DNA from: Candidatus Latescibacterota bacterium | GTDB lineage: Bacteria; Latescibacterota; UBA2968; UBA8231 | DNA: 64,000 bases | Assembly: GCA_965206595.1 (NCBI GenBank) | Contig: OZ242214.1 | Coordinates: forward strand, 3,424,001 to 3,488,000 | Direction: 5' to 3' | Shown here: one piece after another, positions 61,982 to 64,000 of the stretch | How positions within the stretch are numbered: position 1 is the first letter of the stretch | Layout of the letters: each line of letters begins with the position of its first letter | Notes under the pieces: generated by a model | What the model was told of the DNA's origin: nothing | Seen by the model: the letters and a program-made list of their open reading frames with translations, nothing else | Database searches by the model: none | Translations under genes and position numbers: made by a program

Positions 61982-63619
61982 ATGAGATTCCCCCGCACCC
62001 CCGCACCGCTTCACCTCCTGCTTGTACCGATTCTAGCATCTGCCGGGAGCGCTGACCCCGAAGGCTTCCGGACCGGTCCCGGGGCTTCCCCGGGCAGCGG
62101 GGTCGTCCTCTCCGGCTTCGGGGAGGGGGGCATCCAGCTTCCGTACCAGGCGGAGTTCGTCGGCTCGGAGCGCTGCGCCGACTGCCACACTGCCGAGGCC
62201 GGAATGCAGCCGCGCAGCAACATGTTTCTCACCGGGCAGCTGGTCACCGCGGACAACGTCGACACCTGGTTCTCGGAAGCGGCCCTCGATCTGCCGGTCA
62301 GGTGGCCGGAGTGGGAGGCCTCGGAGGCCCCCCGTCCCCCGCATTACCGCCGCGACGGAAACGAGGTCTGGCTGGAGGGACCGACGAGAAGCGGCGAGCT
62401 GGCGCGGGCGCCGGTTCACGCCGTCTTCGGCTCGGGACGGAACGCGATCACCCCGGTCACCCTCGCGCCCGGCAGGCAGAGCCGCGAGCTGCGCGTGACC
62501 TGGTCTTACGTCTTCGACAGCTGGATCATGACCCCGGGATCGACGCAGCATCCCGACCCGGTCGGGTACGTGCGCCCTCCGGAGGAGACCCGGATCTGTC
62601 TCGACTGCCACACGACCCGGGTGGTCTGGGAAGAGGAGATCGATCCCGGCCGCTCGGTTTTCGGGGTGCACTGCGAGCGCTGCCACGGCCCCGGGAGCGC
62701 CCACGTCGCCGCGGTCACGAGCGGCAGGGACTCCCTCTACATTCTGAACCCGCGGCGCTTTCCCGCCGCGGGGCAGACGGAGTTCTGCGGCCAGTGCCAC
62801 CGGCGGGCGGGAGACATCGAGCCCCTTACCGCGATGAAGCGGGAGGCCAAGCTCGCGCGCCACGCCGGGGCCGGTACCATGCTCAGCGACTGTTTCCGCC
62901 TGTCGCCGCCGGAATCGACGTTGAGCTGCCTCGAATGCCACGACCCCCACCGCAACGCCGACCCGCAACGCGACGACTACAACACCCCCTGCCTGCGCTG
63001 CCACACCGAGCCGGAGACCGACCACACCACCGAGCCGGTGATCCTCTCCTCCGACTGCGTCTCCTGCCACATGCCGCTGCAGGAGAACTCCTTCGCCGGC
63101 ATGGACTTCACCGACCACTGGATCCGGGTGCCCGGCGCCCCGCCGCCGCTGGCCTCGCCGGAGAAGGAGAAGTACGCCGACTACCTGGAAGCGTCGTACC
63201 GCGAGGCCATGGTCCGGCCCGGACTCGGCCCGGAGCGCAGCTGCCGTTTCCGCATGCGCCTCGGCGAGCTGCTCTTCGGGATGGACCGCCGGGAAGAGGG
63301 GCTTGTCTGGATCGAGGAGGCCCTGACCTACGGTCCCCTGCACCGCGACCGCATCGTCGCCGGAGAGCTGTTCGAACGGGCGGGCAGGCAGGAGAAGGCG
63401 ATTCCGATTTTCGCCGAAGCGATCCGCCTGGCTCCCGGCAACAACCGCGCCTACCACCACCTGGCGCGGCTGCACCTGCGGGCCGGCGACCTCGCCGCCG
63501 CGCGGGAGGTATTCTCCGACTGGGAGGAAACCCTGCCGGACGACCCGCTGCTCGCCAGGATGCGGGCCGAATTGCGCCGCCGCGCCAGGAACGACCACGG
63601 CAAGGCGCCGGGTCCATAA
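61982..63619 (+). CDS. Multiheme c-type cytochrome (7 CxxCH) with C-terminal TPR repeats
   Basis: CADCH, CLDCH, CERCH, CGQCH, CLECH, CLRCH, CVSCH; 'TDHWIR'; TPR-like helices; signal-like N-terminus. Confidence 0.85.
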   Translation: MRFPRTPAPLHLLLVPILASAGSADPEGFRTGPGASPGSGVVLSGFGEGGIQLPYQAEFVGSERCADCHTAEAGMQPRSNMFLTGQLVTADNVDTWFSEAALDLPVRWPEWEASEAPRPPHYRRDGNEVWLEGPTRSGELARAPVHAVFGSGRNAITPVTLAPGRQSRELRVTWSYVFDSWIMTPGSTQHPDPVGYVRPPEETRICLDCHTTRVVWEEEIDPGRSVFGVHCERCHGPGSAHVAAVTSGRDSLYILNPRRFPAAGQTEFCGQCHRRAGDIEPLTAMKREAKLARHAGAGTMLSDCFRLSPPESTLSCLECHDPHRNADPQRDDYNTPCLRCHTEPETDHTTEPVILSSDCVSCHMPLQENSFAGMDFTDHWIRVPGAPPPLASPEKEKYADYLEASYREAMVRPGLGPERSCRFRMRLGELLFGMDRREEGLVWIEEALTYGPLHRDRIVAGELFERAGRQEKAIPIFAEAIRLAPGNNRAYHHLARLHLRAGDLAAAREVFSDWEETLPDDPLLARMRAELRRRARNDHGKAPGP

Positions 63620-63646
63620 CTGACCCGGGCTTCTGAAGCAGGCTCC

Positions 63647-64000
63647 ATGGAAATGGCTCGCCCGGCGAGACAGGTGAGAACCGGCCTGCGGCAGCACCGC
63701 CCGACGCCACCGCAAGGGGCGGTCACCATACGCGCGGTCCTGCTCGGCCTGCTCATGGCCCTCTTCATCGGCCTCGCCACCCCGTACACCAACATGATCA
63801 TCAAGGGGTCGCTGCTGGCGCACAACGCCAACACCCCGATCGCGCTGTTCACCTTCTTCCTGTTCGTCGGCGTTCTCAACGTCGCCCTGCGGCTCGCCCG
63901 CAGGAGCTGGGCCTTCGACCCCGGGGAGCTGGCCACCGTCTACATCATGGCCATGCTGGCCACCGCGGTCCCGACCGTCGGCTTCGCCGAGTACCTGCTG
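63647..64000 (+). CDS. Membrane protein (DUF6785/OPT-like), runs out of window
   Basis: 'AVTIRAVLLGLL...PYTNMIIKGS', 'ELATVYIM'; open to the edge. Confidence 0.6.
   Translation, partial: MEMARPARQVRTGLRQHRPTPPQGAVTIRAVLLGLLMALFIGLATPYTNMIIKGSLLAHNANTPIALFTFFLFVGVLNVALRLARRSWAFDPGELATVYIMAMLATAVPTVGFAEYLL

Overview
High-GC bacterial DNA. The gene content points, by inference, to a host-associated Latescibacterota/Poribacteria-like organism, probably a sponge symbiont. The evidence is five PhyH-family dioxygenases; ankyrin, NHL, Kelch, FN3 and TPR repeat proteins; FlgD/T9SS-like C-terminal domains; and 'SWGxxK' tails. I found no rRNA, tRNA or CRISPR array. The window is mostly accessory and eroding. 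Three IS630 elements (TA target duplication, clear terminal inverted repeats, TIRs) all sit in surface-protein genes: a tandem beta-barrel gene is hit twice, and a ~3,230-aa protein with 21 FN3 repeats is hit once. A Cre-like tyrosine recombinase lies divergent from the FN3 gene, with a 34-bp lox-like site (13-8-13) upstream. There are several TA or TA-like modules, a low-GC defence-like cluster (40.6-44.1 kb) and many internally deleted pseudogenes. Accessory blocks are repeatedly bracketed by diverged 70-150 bp copies of neighbouring gene ends or starts. A conserved hairpin module with a compensatory base pair occurs two or three times next to secreted-protein genes. An unusual fusion joins a dead M61-like peptidase, a UshA-like domain and a tetraheme cytochrome c, and sits next to a TlpA. 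All family calls come from motif recognition, not database searches.
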